Shown piece by piece: positions 13,071 through 26,242 of a stretch of DNA of 64,000 nucleotides; position 1 is the stretch's first letter, and every line of letters starts with the position of its first letter. The position numbers and the translations under genes were made by a program. The notes under the pieces are model-generated. The model saw only the letters and a list, made by a program, of their open reading frames with translations, searched no databases and had not been told where the DNA came from. Origin of the DNA: Octopus vulgaris (Eukaryota); contig OX597825.1 in assembly GCA_951406725.2 (NCBI GenBank), forward strand, positions 61,070,001 to 61,134,000, in the 5' to 3' direction.

Positions 13071-13917
13071 TTTCACATTTCTTTAGAGTCACACACAACA
13101 TTACCTTTATACACTCACCAGTTTTAATTTCCAGTTAAAGACATTCAAATAAAAATTAGTTTGTCTTGGATTAAAATTACTATACCAACACTTGTGTGGT
13201 GATTGCAGTAAGGCAATATTGTCTGGTGAATATAATAAGGCAATGCTGTATGGAGAGCATAATAAGAATTTTGGAACCCATGATATTTATCAGGGCTTCC
13301 TAGACCAGTATGAAGTAGTCACTTCATACTGTCCAATGGAAAGGCATAACTATCACAATAATTTGTCTCATCCTTTTTCCTACTAAAATACTGAGTTTCT
13401 TCTTCTTCTTCTTCTTCTTCCTCCTCCTCCTCTTCTTCTTTTTCATCTACCTCCTCCTCCTCCTCTTCTTCTTCTCCTTCTTCTCTAATGACCAGAGGGA
13501 GAGGCTGTCCTCTCAACAAGCATAAAATTTCTAACTGGATACACACACATCTTCAATATTTATTTATTTAAATTTATCTATTTATCTCATAGATGCTGTT
13601 AATTTATTATTCTCAAATCCTATTCACTACAGTACATTTTGGTTTCATCCTACACAAATGGAGATGTATTGAATTACATTCTGCATTATAATGAAGTAAT
13701 GCTGTGTGATAGCTGTGATAGAGCTATGCTTTGTGGTTCATGTAATGACAAATAATAATGTTACATGGTGACTGAATTAAGGGAGTATTATGTGTGGGCT
13801 CTAATAAGGCAGCTTTGTGTGATATAGCAACAGGATAACTTAGTGTGGTGATTATAATGAAGCTGTGATGTGTGGGGACTCAGATATGTTTGTATGTGTG
13901 TCGAATGTAATAAGAGA

Positions 13918-14166
13918 GTCGGTGGCATGTAAAAAGCACCATCTGATCGTGGCCGTTTGCCAGCCTCATCTGGCACCTGTACCGGTGGCATGTAAAAAGC
14001 ACCCACTACACTCACGGAGTAGTTGGCGTTAGGAAGGGCATCCAGCTGTAGAAACAAACACTACCAGATCAGACTGGGCCTGGTGCAGCCTTCTGGCTTC
14101 CCAGACCCCAGTTGAACCGTCCAACCCATGCTAGCATGGAAAGCGGACTTTAAACCATAATGATGA
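13918..14166 (+). mobile_element. 5'-truncated RTE LINE 3' UTR / RTE-tail retroposon (family C)
   Basis: GGCATGTAAAAAGCACC repeats, GTTGGCGTTAGGAAGGGCATCCAGCTGTAGAAAC, CCAACCCATGCTAGCATGGAAA..TAAAC(GAT)n. Same sequence as the 3' UTR at 26900-27306. Confidence 0.85.
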
Positions 14167-14726
14167 ATGTAACTGCTGTAGCAAGGCATCATCGTATGGT
14201 ACCTGTAATAAAAGATTGTTGTATAGAGACTGTTATAAGAAAGTGCTTTGAATTTACTAAAACGTGGTGTTATGTGGTGGCTTAAATACGAAATTTTTAT
14301 GATGTTATTAATTAGGTGGTGTTATGTGGTATTTGTAGTAAGGCGGTGTGGCATAGTGTAGCTGTAATAAGGTATTATTGTGTGGTGACTGTAATAATGC
14401 AATATTATCTGATGAATTTAATAAGGCAGTGTTGTGTGCGACTTTAATAAGAAAATGTTGTTAAAGTACTATTAAGGCAGTGTTGTGTAATGGCTGTAAT
14501 AAAGCAGTGTTGTGTGGGTGTGGTAATAAGACAGTATTATGTAGTGATTGCAATAAGGCAACATAGTCTGGTGAATGTAATGTGGAGAGCATAAAAAGAA
14601 AATATAAAATTACTAATAAAATAGTTCTCTGTGTTGCTTGTAATAAGGCAGTGCTGTGTAGTGACTTAATAGGGCAATATTGACTGATGACTGTAATAAG
14701 GTGATGTTGTGTGTGACTAATAAGAA

Positions 14727-15335
14727 AAGAAAGACTATTTGCCAACAGTCCTGGATGGGATGATTGTTACTGCTGATTAACCCCAGGAAACTTCGTTTCC
14801 AGCTGGCTATATGACACAATATCTGTGCCCTTATATTTTGAACAGGGGAGATCAACACCCCCATCCAGCTGAAAGCAATATCTGTGGACCAGTTTCTGAT
14901 TTATTACCCTTTCTCAGCACAGAGTAGCTATTTGACTAGACAACACTGCTGAATTCCCATTCGAAAATATATAATTTTCAAAGTGACACACAGTCACTGA
15001 TCTAATAAGTAGAACCATTATTTCTAAATCTCTCAAGGTGAAATATTCAGTGATAGTACTTTAAAGTAAAGACTACTTTAAGTAAAGACAAGCAACTACT
15101 CTGTGCCAAGAAAGGGCAATAACCCAGAAACAGGTTCACAAATGTTGCTTTGTGCTGGATGGGGTGCTGAGCTCCCCTGTTTGAAAATATAAGGGCACAG
15201 ATATTGTGTCATATAGCCAGCTGGAAATGAAGTTTCCTGGTGCTAAACAACAGTAACAACCATCCCATCCAGGACTGCCAAATTATGTTGGCAAATAGTC
15301 TTTACTTTAAAGTATTGTTACTGAATATCACCTTA
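14727..15335. mobile_element. Non-coding foldback element (PLE pseudo-LTR-like) with about 210-bp inverted arms, each carrying a hammerhead-like motif
   Basis: 14727-14935 is the reverse complement of about 15090-15305. A further inverted piece 15036-15076 matches 15297-15335. The related family fragment at 32515-32655 is itself a hairpin. Confidence 0.75.
14881..14923 (-). ncRNA. Minimal type I hammerhead-like ribozyme motif, non-canonical core (CUGAGAA)
   Basis: Minus strand: UCUGUG-CUGAGAAA-GGGUAAUAAAUC-A-GAAA-CUGG-UC-CACAGA. Stem I is a perfect 6 bp. The second copy at 15100-15142 (+) keeps stem II GGG..CCC. Confidence 0.55.
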
Positions 15336-15753
15336 ATTAGAAAATGTGAAATTACTAATAAAGCAGTATTGAGTAATGGATGTTATAAGGTAGTGCTGTG
15401 GGGTGATTGCAATAAGGTAATGCTGTGTGGTGATTCTAATAAAAACAATGTTCTGAAATTACTAATAAGATAGTATTGTGTGGTGATTATATGGTGGTGT
15501 TGATTATTGACTATCATAAGAAAATGTTGTAATATTGTTTTCAAATTTTGGCACAAAGCCAGCAATTTCAGGGGAGGGAGTAAGTCGACCCCAGTGTCAA
15601 ACTGATATTTATTTTATCAACCTAAAAAGGATGAAAGGAATAGTCAACCTCAGCAGAATTTGAACTCAGATGAATGAAATACAGTTAAGCATTTTGGCCA
15701 GTGTGCTAATGCTTCTGCCAGCTCACCACTTTGAAAAAATGTTGTAGTTAGTA

Positions 15754-16140
15754 TCTATAAAGCTGAAATGTGAAAAAGTTGTTTGATTTCTTGATTATTT
15801 GTCTCATTTTGGGATGGGAACGGTTTAAGAGGCGGTAGATGGGGCAGGATTGGCACCAAAATTTACACTGAGGGGTAAAATGGGGTGGGCAATGGTGTGA
15901 GGAGGGTTGTATGTCACTTGGGGCTACTGTTTGGTTGCCATGGTGAGGAATATGGGGAAAATAAAGTTTTAAAGAAGGTAAGGACGAAGAAAAAAAGAAA
16001 AAATAAGAAAAAGAAAAAGAAGAGGGCTATAAAAAGAACCAGGTAAAGAAGAAAGGTAAAGAAGAAAGGGAAAATGAGACAACACACACAAAACAACATC
16101 ACCACCAAAACCCGAGCGAAGCACAGGTCAAAATAGCTAG
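15754..16140 (+). mobile_element. Non-autonomous Helitron (family H3)
   Basis: A|TCTATAAAGCTGAA start. Ends with an imperfect ACCCGAGCGAAGCACAGGT hairpin then TAGCTAG|T. Confidence 0.8.
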
Positions 16141-17870
16141 TATTACTAATAAATTAGTGCTGTGTGGTTGTTGTAATAAGGTAGTGTTATGTGATGACTT
16201 TAACAAGACAATTGTGTCTGGTGGCTATAATAACATAGTATTGTGAGATGTCTGTTGTGATAGAATGTTGTACAATATCACCAGTGCTTGAAAAGATTGT
16301 GCGATATGTGATGAGTGCAACACTAAAGAGAAACCTGCTCGATAAGTTCATATCAAATACTTATTGATTGTAGAAGATAGCACAAAGGAGACCTCAACAA
16401 ATTTTAACTAAAGATAAGGCAGTGAGCTGGCAGGATAATTAGTACACTGGGTAAAATACTCAGCAGCATTTCAACTGTCTACATTTTGAGTTCCAGTTCC
16501 ACTAATGTCGACTTTGTCTTTCATCCTTTTGGGGCCGATAAAATAAATACCAACCAAGCACTGAAGATGATGGAATTGACTTACTCCCTACCCTGAAATT
16601 AATGGTCTAGTACCAAAATTGGAAACAAAAGACATAAAAGGAAGTAACTAAATACTACATGCCTTTTTTTCCCAAAAATTTACCTTTTCTGCTATTCACC
16701 TCTAAACAGAATGTATGGAAGTATGTCAGTCTTTATTTATAAGTCTAAGCTACACACCAAACTTATAGTATTTATAACTGAATGTCTTCCATCTTGGCAA
16801 ATAAATTTCTCACTTTTCCACATTTTAATTCTTTCTCTTTAATTCTTATCTTCTTTCCTTTCAAGGTCAAAAGCTGTTTGTAAGGTTTCTAATACATTTT
16901 TTTTTTGTTTCCTTCTTTTGCTTTGCTTTTATTAAACTTATCAGAGATTATTTTAAATTCTCAAAATTTCTACTGATTCTCTTTAAGGTGAGAATTTAAA
17001 AGTTATAACTCCACAACAATGATGACAGACCTATTGATGATGATGACAGTGATGATGATGATGAGGATGATGAGGGGAATGATAAAGTTGGAAATGATAC
17101 TGAAGATAAGAACTCTAACGCCGACAATGATAACAGTTTAAGAAACTAGAATGACAATTTGTTGAAAATATATATTAGCATGAAATATGTTAAAGACGTG
17201 TAACAGCTTTTTGGTACATGCCACACATACACACAAGAACACACACACACACGTACACACATGAATATTAATACAAACATTGTCTTCCCTATTGATCTGT
17301 TTTTTGACCATGTTGCTTTGATTGAACAGAGTCACATCTTGACAAATGGTCCCTTTTTAATCTTGACGACGCACCCATTACACTCTGCAAAGTGTTTGGA
17401 ATCTTAAAGGTCATCCAGACGTAGGAACCATGCCAACAGTTGAAATGCAAGAGTGAGTTGTGGTGTCTTTGAGCAATCTCAGAAGGCAGTAACTATAAAT
17501 AGCAATTAAAACATGGTGACAGCATGGACTGGGGACATAAAAGGTGATGATGATGATGATGATGATGATTATGATGATGATGATGACAATGAGGATCATG
17601 ATGATGACAACAACAACTACTACTACAAGGTGATGGAGAAGGATATAACTGTGCTTTGATGTATGTATTTGCATCTTTTATGGAATTGCTATCTCTCTCA
17701 CCAAGCTTTATATATAGAAGCTGAAAGGGAAATGAATGGTCAGTGTTAATATGTTCTGAGATAGGCTAAACTGAAATTAACTATACCCCAATGGTTCCAA
17801 GATGTGCAGCCAATGTACTGCAGAGAAGTTTTCTATTATTTTAGATAAACAGAAAACTTCAAATGACTAC

Positions 17871-18099
17871 TCAATCCTTTAGCATTTAAACTGGCTATAT
17901 TAACAGCCTAAATATTCTACCTGTTTATGTTAAAACTGACCAGATCTAACCTTTCACACCTAGCCTACAATGTCATTCTAAAAATATAAAACTACACCAT
18001 TGAAATCTTGAAGCTACAAAATAATGTGTGATTAATTTAAAACAGTGTGAATAAGTCAGCAATACATCTAGCAAAGAAATCTGAATTTTAAAAGGTTAA
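17871..18099. mobile_element. Degenerate piggyBac-type MITE
   Basis: TCAA-TCCTTTAGCATTT .. GAATTTTAAAAGG-TTAA, resembling TTAA-CCCTTT..AAAGGG-TTAA termini. Confidence 0.55.
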
Positions 18100-18670
18100 A
18101 TGAGAGATGTGAGACTTTCACAAAATGTGAACATATTAAGAACTGCCTTCTAGCTAGTATTAATTAACTGATAGAACTTAATACTGAACTACTGATCTAG
18201 CTTATGACCCTACAGTATACTAGATTTCCATATTTGAAATATTTACATTTATTTACCTCAAAAGGGGATTTAAAGTGTAATGAATAATATAATTAAATGA
18301 TTAAATAAATTTAGGGGAGGATGGACAAAATAGACGTATTCATAATAAATGGATAGGGGAAAATATTTAATATATTGAGGATTCTGATCTGGTAATTGCA
18401 TTAGTCTACAAATAGGAAGTAACTTGATGTTGGGCACAGTATTATATAAATGGATTTATTTAAATTCTTCCAACATAGGCATGGTTGATTGAGCAAAGCT
18501 TATATTTGCTATACATCATTTTGGAAAGTATTAAATATAATAAAAATTAGAAAATAATTACATAAGTGAAAAGGAGAATTAAATGCATGTATATACATGT
18601 ATATTGAGCATCTACTTTCCTCTTCCCTCCCTCACTTACATATACATATGTGTGTGTGTATATATGTCTC

Positions 18671-18711
<41 letters not shown>

Positions 18712-18783
18712 ATATATATATATATATATGTATGTTTGTATGTATATATATATATATATATATATGTGTTTGTGTATATGTGC

Positions 18784-18844
<61 letters not shown>

Positions 18845-19448
18845 TGTATATGATAGATGTAATCAAAAGAAAATAAAGAGAAAATGGGAAGTAGATACTC
18901 AATATGAAAGAAGGGTAATGAAAATTGAAAACAGCAGTTATTAAATTTGATAATGCGATTGAGAAAAAAGCTGTATGCTAAAAAGTTGGATTGCCAAGTT
19001 CAGTTCTATGAGCTCTTAATAATTATATGTAAAATTGGTAGTTTTAAGGAAAAATTAAATTTATTGAAATGTTTTAAATTTCTAAAAGAGATTAAAGAAA
19101 ATTTAACATGAAAAACTAAAGGCAAGTATATAAAAATAAAAGCAGATAAAATATACAAAATTAAAAATTAAATTAGATTAAAAATAAAATAGATATGAGT
19201 GAATTCGTGTTAAAAAAGTGTAAAATTGAAGATTAAGGAAATTTAAATGATGAAGAGATTTGAAAATAAATACCAAAATCTCAGAAGTTTGTGGGTTAGG
19301 AGTGAACAAGCAAGGATTAAACAGATACATGTAAAGGTTTAAAATTTTGATGATAAGGAAGAATAGATAAAATAGTGGGTAGAGGAGTTGGTGGGAAATA
19401 GAGAAAATTCCTCTAGCAACTGAGGAGAAATCCAAGAAAAATAAGTGT

Positions 19449-19860
19449 AGGCACAGGAGTGGCTGTGTGGTAAGTAGCTTGCTTACCAACCACATGGTTC
19501 CGGGTTCAATCCCACTGTGTGCCATCTTGGGCAAGTGTCTTCTGCTACAGCCTCGGGCCGACCAATGCCTTGTGAGTGGATTTGGTAGACGGAAACTTAA
19601 AGAAGCCTGTCGTATGTATGTATATATATATATGTATGTGTGTGTATATGTTTGTGTGTCTGTGTTTGTCCTCCTAGCATTGCTTGACAACCGATGCTGG
19701 TGTATTTATGTCCCTGTCACTTGGCGGTTCGGCAAAAGAGACCGATAGAATAAGTACTGGGCTTACAAAGAATAAGTCCCACAGTCGATTTGCTCGACTA
19801 AATGCAGTGCTCCAGCATGGCCGCAGTCAAATGACTGAAACAAGTAAAAGAGTAAGAGTA
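19449..19860 (+). mobile_element. tRNA-derived SINE (family A), full length
   Basis: Head AGGCACAGGAGTGGCTGTGTGGTAAG..GGTTCAATCCC, core CTTGGGCAAGTGTCTTCT..GGATTTGGTAGACGGAAACT, internal (TG/TA)n, tail CTCCAGCATGGCCGCAGTCAAATGACTGAAAC(AAGAGT)n. Confidence 0.92.
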
Positions 19861-20579
19861 GTAGTTTTATAAGCAAACAGATTGAGTGAGAATAACAAAC
19901 CATGCTCCATAAGCAGAATCCAGTTGGAAGGAGTACTTGTTGTTGAGGAATGTGTTGAGGAATGTGTTGCATCTCTATGCAGCGGATGGAGCTGTGATGT
20001 GACATAGATAAATCAGAACTTAAGTGAATAGTAATAATTGTTTCAAATTTTAGAAACAAGGCCAGCAATGTTAGAGGTAGAGTAGATGCTTACATCAACC
20101 TCAATACTTAACTGGCAGTTAATCCTAAATACTGGTTTCAAATTTTAACACAAGGTCAGCCATTTTGGGGTGGGGATGTGTCGATTACATCAACCTCAGT
20201 GCTACATGGTACTTATTTCATCGAATCTGAAAGGATGAAAGGCAAAGTCAACCTTGGCAGAATTTGAACCCAGAACATTAAGACTGATGAAATTCCACTA
20301 TGCATTGTGTCCAGCTTGTTAACAATTCTGCCAGCTCGCCACCTTAGTTAGTACTAATATTGATTTCAAACTTTGGTGCAAGGACAGCGACTTGGAGGAA
20401 AAGGGTAGATCAGTTACATCAGCCCCATCACTCAACTGGTACTTATTTTATCGTCTCCGGGAAAATGAAATGTAAAGTTAACCTTGGTAGAATTTTTACA
20501 GATTCTAAACATTTTGCCTGGCATGCTTACAATTCTGCCAGTTAGTTATCTTAATTAATACTGATATTAAAAGTAGTAA

Positions 20580-20892
20580 TCAGCATCGCCTTACTGGCAC
20601 TTGTGTCGGTGGCCCATGAAAAAACCATTTGAGCAAGGTCATTGACAGTGCTGCTGGACTGGCTCCTATGCAGATGGCATGTAAAAAATACCATTTGAGC
20701 ATGGCTGTTGCCAGTACCACCTGACTGGTCCTCATGCCGGTGGCATGTAAAAGCACTCACTACACTCTCGGAGTAGTTGGCATTAGGAAGGTCATCCAGC
20801 TGTAGAATCTCTGCCATATCAAGATTGGAACCTGGTGCAGCCATCTGGTTCACCAGTCCTCAGTCAAATCATCCAACGATGTTAAAAGATGA
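20580..20892 (+). mobile_element. RTE 3' UTR-derived retroposon (family C)
   Basis: Three GGCATGTAAAA repeats followed by TTGGCATTAGGAAGGTCATCCAGCTGTAGAA. Confidence 0.8.
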
Positions 20893-22089
20893 ACTATGGG
20901 TAATCATCCCTTGAAGGAATGCAGCATAAAATGTATAAGCACAAGCATGGCTGTGCAGGTTTTTGAGAAGCACATTGGGATGTTAGACGAGTGTGGGGCG
21001 TTTTGCTCATACACACATACACACGCACACACACACACATACGCACACACACATATATATATATATATACTTGCATACACATACATACATACATACATAC
21101 AATAATATATGTATAATTGTCCTAAGGGAGGGAGCTAATGTTGAACTCATAGAAACTACTGTGCACTTTAGAAGCATGAAGTTAGGCATTCTGTCAAATC
21201 CTGTGGAAGATCAGCATGGCTGGTGTTTTACCATAGCTGGGATTGAATCAGTATTTGTGAGTGAAATTGGTAGATGGAAACTGAAGATGCCTGTTGTGTA
21301 TGTGTATATGTGAATGCCATACGGCCTGTAAATCTAACACAGGCTTCAAAAAACGTTTTAATATCCACAAAGATCTGTACTTCTTGGTGGTTCAGAGCTG
21401 ATATGCAATTTATGTGGGTGTCTTTTCTAAACACTGTCTGGTTTAAAAAGCCACATCTGATGTCATGATAAATCTAAGGTTTAAGTACAAGAAGTGTATA
21501 AGAAGTACACAACCGCCATCTATGTATGTATGTACGTATGTATATATGTTTGACTGTCTGTCTGTTTGTCTGTCTATCTATCTATATACCTTCCAATTAA
21601 CCTATCTATATATGTGTGTGTATGCGTTCATAGGTGGGTGCATGTTTATGTGTTTGTATGTGCTCATGCATTTGTGCGTATGTGTATGTGTTTGTGTGTG
21701 TGTATGTGAGTGTGTGTGTGAGTGAAGTTGTTTTTTCCTTATCTTCATGTGCATTTGCTTGTTGTAAGCAAAGCTTTATTACCTTACTTTGAAATAGGTC
21801 AGAAAGGGTATCAAGGGTCAGAAAGGGTATCAAGCCATAGGAAATTCTGCTTCAACATAACTTATCTGATTTACACAAGCATGGAGAATAGACCGTAAAA
21901 CGTGATGGTGATGATGATGATGACGACAACGACGCCAACAGTGACGACGACGATGACAATGGTGATGACCATGAAGCAGATGATGACAATGCAGATGGTA
22001 CATACCCAAGTGTTGAAATCTCAGCTTTAACATTGATTCTTTTTTTTACCTCCTTTGAGACATTCTTGGAGTGGATATATGTCACTATG

Positions 22090-22820
22090 CGGCAAAAATA
22101 CCTAGCATTGGTTAACAAAATGTGAACTCTTCTGCAGCAAGACAATGCAAAAACTCATACTGCTCGAACGACCTATATAAACCGCAGGAACTTGAGGGAA
22201 TCAAGCTGATGCTACATCCAGCATATAGTTCAGACATGTAAAGGCGGCGAGCTGGCTGAAACGTTAGCACGCCGGGCGAAATGCTTAGCGGTATTTCGTC
22301 TGCCGCTACGTTCTGAGTTCAAATTCCGCCGAGGTTGACTTTGCCTTTCATCCTTTCGGGGTCGATAGATAAAGTACCAGATTCGCACTGGGGTCGATGT
22401 AATCGACTTAATCCGTTTGTCTGTCCTTGTTTGTCCCCTCTATGTTTAGCCCCTTGTGGGTAGTAAAGAAATATATAGTTCAGACACAGCTCCCTGGGAT
22501 TGTTTATTATTTTAATCCATGGCTCGTTTCCTGCACTCATGAGGCTTTCTCAACCAAGAGAAGGGGACAAGTTTGGCAAGCTGGCTCTTGCTTAACCATC
22601 TCTGAGGCACATTAGGATTGCAGAAAAATATCTCTATGTATTATTACTTGTTCTGGTCTATGGCACACTTCTTGCACTTGTGCTGCTTCATCAATCAAGC
22701 TCCAGTGGAGGAATTCTTCATTTCAAAGAACAAGAACTTTTACAGGTATGGGATCAAAGAATTAGCAAGAAAGTGGCTTCAAGTGATGCAGCACAATGAC
22801 CTCCACTTCGGATTTTAGGC
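22090..22820 (+). mobile_element. Mariner transposase remnant(s) interrupted by a SINE
   Basis: LLQQDNAKTHTAR..LMLHPAYSSD|TAPWD.., then YYLFWSMAHFL..FYRYGIKELARKWLQVMQHND (mariner C-terminus). Confidence 0.85.
22241..22472 (+). mobile_element. tRNA-derived SINE (family B), young copy with a 14-bp TSD
   Basis: AAGGCGGCGAGCTGGC..GAGTTCAAATTCCGCC..GCCTTTCATCCTTTCGGGGTCGATA (Nin/Deu-like central domain, inferred). TSD ATATAGTTCAGACA at 22223 and 22473. Other copies at about 15540-15730(-), 16415-16625(+), 20155-20520(-), 22975-23203(-), 38885-39115(-), 43645-43830(+), 44012-44220(+) and 48345-48550(+). Confidence 0.92.
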
Positions 22821-23908
22821 TGCTTTTCTTGCAACTTGATGAATAATGCAAATAAGTTACCAACATTTTGCCAAAGTTTGACTCAACAGAATAACACTAA
22901 CTCAACAAAACATGGAAACTTTCATAATTCTATCTTTTGTTTGTCAGGTTTATTCATTGGCAGAGACATACATCTTATTTCTTTATTGCCCACAAGGGGC
23001 TAAACATAGAGGGTACAAGCAAGGACAGACAAAAGGGATTAAGTCAAATACATAGACCCCAATGTGTAACTGGTACTTAATTTATCGACCCCAAAAGGAT
23101 GAAAGGCAAAGTTGACCATGGCAGAATTTGAACTCAGAACATAAAGACAGATAAAATACTGCTAGACATTCTTCCCGGCATGCTAACATTTCTGCCATCT
23201 CGCTGCAGAGACATCTACATATTGCTAGCACACCGTCCCTACACTGCCTAAATGTGAGAGGAAGGGACCTCTTAGAGTGTCCAAAAAGTAAAGCCATATG
23301 AGGTTGCCAAGGTCTCAAGAGAATCCATTCCAAAGTTAACATTTCTGTCCTAAGCTAGATTTCCAAACTGATATTTCCCTGACATGGGAAATGACTCTAC
23401 AATTCTCAACCCCTCTACAATATTAACTTCCAGTAATTGTCTCTGATGTTAGTGAAGGTCCAGAAATTTGGGAGGGGGTGGAATTCAATCAATACCATTG
23501 AGTGCATTGCTTGACAAATACTTTATTTTATATATCCAAAAAGGATGAAAGATACAATTGACCTCGGTAGAATTGGAACAAAGAACGTAAAGAATCAGAA
23601 GAAATTCTAGAAGTCATTTTCCTAACTCTCTAACAAATTTTGCTAAACTTCCACCATATATTAATTCTGAATAATTTATTATTTTTTCTTCGTATATCAA
23701 CTTTTTCTTATTTTCCTTTACTTTTCTGACAGGCTTTCTATGCCGGATTTCCGGAGCAGCTAGTTTTTGTACTGTACGACTTACATTTATGAAGTACACA
23801 TCACAAGAACTATATGTACTCTGCTTTAACACAAAACCTGGAGTCTTGGCAATCATTTGTTAGTATGATCGTTGTTAATTTACACACATACACACATACA
23901 CACACACA

Positions 23909-23955
<47 letters not shown>

Positions 23956-24385
23956 GTAGATAGATAAATTGATAGATTCTGCCCAAGGTAATATAAAATG
24001 TCTTTCCTGATGAACCTTCGTGGATAAGCTCATTAAAGAATCATCATAGCAAGCATATATATGAATACTAATAAATCTAATGATACACACACACATGCAC
24101 ATGTATATGTATATATGAATACATATGTATACTTATATATATATATATATATATATATACAAACACATACATATAAACACACACACACATATATACTTTC
24201 ATTTATGTAGGTGTGTATATATGTATATACATGTAACATTCTTATATATACATATATATCTGTGTAATAGATAGATATAATATACATGTGTATGTGTCTG
24301 CGTGTATAAATATATATACATATATATGTGTGTGTATATGTATATATCTATCTATCTATCTATACACACACAGACACAGACACAC

Positions 24386-24432
<47 letters not shown>

Positions 24433-24437
24433 TATAT

Positions 24438-24800
24438 ACCAGACCATGAATTGGGCATCACTGCACTGTTCGAAAAGTCCAACCTGTCCCCTCCAAGTTG
24501 AGGACCATATACTGCAACAGCTTCGGATGCAAGGGCCCACAGCTAATTAAAGCTTTGACAAAACATCTGGGGGATCTACACGGAGTGGAGGGTAGACGTT
24601 TTCAAGATTTTCAAGAAAAAATTTGACCTCTTGCTGTCCAAGATCCCAGATGAACCAATAACAAGACAAGAAACTCAAAAGAGGGCAGCAGTGTTGAATT
24701 CCCTCCTTGACCAAAAGCCAATCACATAGAATTGTTCAATTGAAAGGTGATTACACTGGCAGAGCCCCAGTATGGCCACAGCTTTAGGTGTGAAACACAT
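24438..24800 (+). mobile_element. CR1/L2-group LINE 3' end
   Basis: [51 protein letters not shown]. Tail CCCCAGTATGGCCACAGC..GAAAC. Confidence 0.8.
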
Positions 24801-24824
24801 AGCGATTATATATATATATTGGAG

Positions 24825-25125
24825 ACCCCACTTCGGCCACGAATGATCATTGGATTGCACATAGAAAGTTATCCTCTGAGGCACAAGTCCGGGCAAGGTT
24901 GTTTATGGAAGACGACCAGCAGTTGCCCATGCATGCCAGCCTCTTCTCTCCACGCCTCTGATGTTATCGAAGGTAAAGTCAAAGGCCGATACAGCTTGGC
25001 ACCTGTGATGTTGCAACTCATTTCTACAGATGAGTGAACTGGAGCAACGTGAAATAAAGTGGCTTACTCAAGAACACAACATGCAGCCCGGTCTGGGATT
25101 CAAACTCACAACTTGATGGTCATAA
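24825..25125 (-). mobile_element. tRNA-derived SINE (family D-related)
   Basis: Reverse complement has GTGAGTTTGAATCCCAGACCGGG..GTGTTCTTGAGTAAG. The 3' part matches 57480-57600. Confidence 0.7.
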
Positions 25126-25129
25126 GTTA

Positions 25130-26242
25130 GACCCTCTAACGATTGAGCACATTGAGCAGCAAGGTTTCTCCACCATAGTCGGTCAGCTGTGGTGATTTCA
25201 GCTTCATCCCATGAAATGTCAATGGCTTCAAGGTCGCCCTCTTTTTCACTTGTCAGGCAGTCGCTTCCACACACGACGCTGCCCAAATAGGTGAACTCAT
25301 CAACTTCTTCGATTTGGTGTGGTCCAATCATCAAGAGGACACCATTGTTGCTTCTATCGACATATCCAATCTTTATGATCTTTGTCTTGTTTGTACTTAA
25401 GTGGAGTCCAATCTTGGCTGCATCCTGTTCTAATCTCTCTGTTATTCTGTTGTTGTGTTTTTGACATTCTTCGTTGCTCCAAGGAGTGCAGTGTCATTGA
25501 CAAAATCATGGTCAGTCAGGCACCCTGACCCACACCACCGAATCCCAACTCTGTGTTGGCACATCGCCTCACGCATGACGAAGTTGATCACCATAAGAAA
25601 TAGGAGAGGGGATAGAAAGCAGCATTGCCGTACACCGGTCTCAATGGCAAAATAGTTGGTATAGCCCATGTCTGTTCGAACGCAGCATCTACACTCACAG
25701 TAAAGGCTCCGAAAGGCATCAATGAAATGCACGGGAATGCAGAAGTTATGAGCGATGCACCACAACGAAATCTGGTGTATGCCTTAACTAAATCAATGAA
25801 AATGATTGATTGCTGATATTCCAAGCTTTGTTTGATAATGTTGCACAACATGGAGATTTGTTCATTGCATAACAGTCTGCATCAAAAACCGGCTTCTTCT
25901 TGGAGCCTCTCATCCACTGCCCATTGCAGGCAGCCTAAGAAGATGATCCCGAAGACCTTTCCAGGGACATATAAAAGCATAATCCCTCTCCAATTATTGC
26001 CATCGGCAAGGTTTGCTTTCTTTGGGAGCCTGACAATTACTCCCAGTTGCCAATCCTCTGGGACTCGGTCTGTCGTCCAGCATACATTTAGGAGGGTCGT
26101 CAGATGTTCAACGACGGGATGACCTCCGTGTTTCAGCATCTCTGCCGTCACCATACCAATTACAGCGCCTTGTTATTTTTCGGGAGAGGTATCGCCACCA
26201 CCGTCTCAGCCATCGTGACTTCACCCGTGTTCACTGCCAGTG
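25130..26242 (-). mobile_element. RTE-clade LINE reverse transcriptase fragment (degenerate, internally deleted)
   Basis: KNNKA..VTAEMLKHGG..VPEDWQLGVIVRLPKKANL..NWRGIMLL; FIDLVKAY; ETGVRQCCFLSPLLFL; DFVNDTALL; IEEVDEFTYLGSVV; ADRLWWRNL. Confidence 0.92.

Larger units (their letters stand above)
12630..16260. repeat. Degenerate 27-bp minisatellite array (consensus near TAATAAGGCAGTGTTGTGTGGTGACTG), fragmented by several TE insertions
   Basis: Consecutive 27-mers at 14473-14580 (TAAGGCAGTGTTGTGTAATGGCTGTAA, TAAAGCAGTGTTGTGTGGGTGTGGTAA, ...). Further blocks at 13190, 13685-13880, 14175-14725, 15350-15530 and 16142-16260. Inverted units at 12630-12673 and 13075-13120. Confidence 0.88.

Noticed and set aside
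14400-14725. Regularly spaced short repeats that superficially resemble a CRISPR array
   Set aside because: The units are contiguous degenerate 27-mers without unique spacers, there are no cas genes, and the context is eukaryotic.
19178-19690. 170-aa ORF and similar ORFs recurring at 34264, 35669, 57380 and 58446
   Set aside because: Antisense read-through of SINE family A. The recurrence reflects repeat copies, not a gene family.
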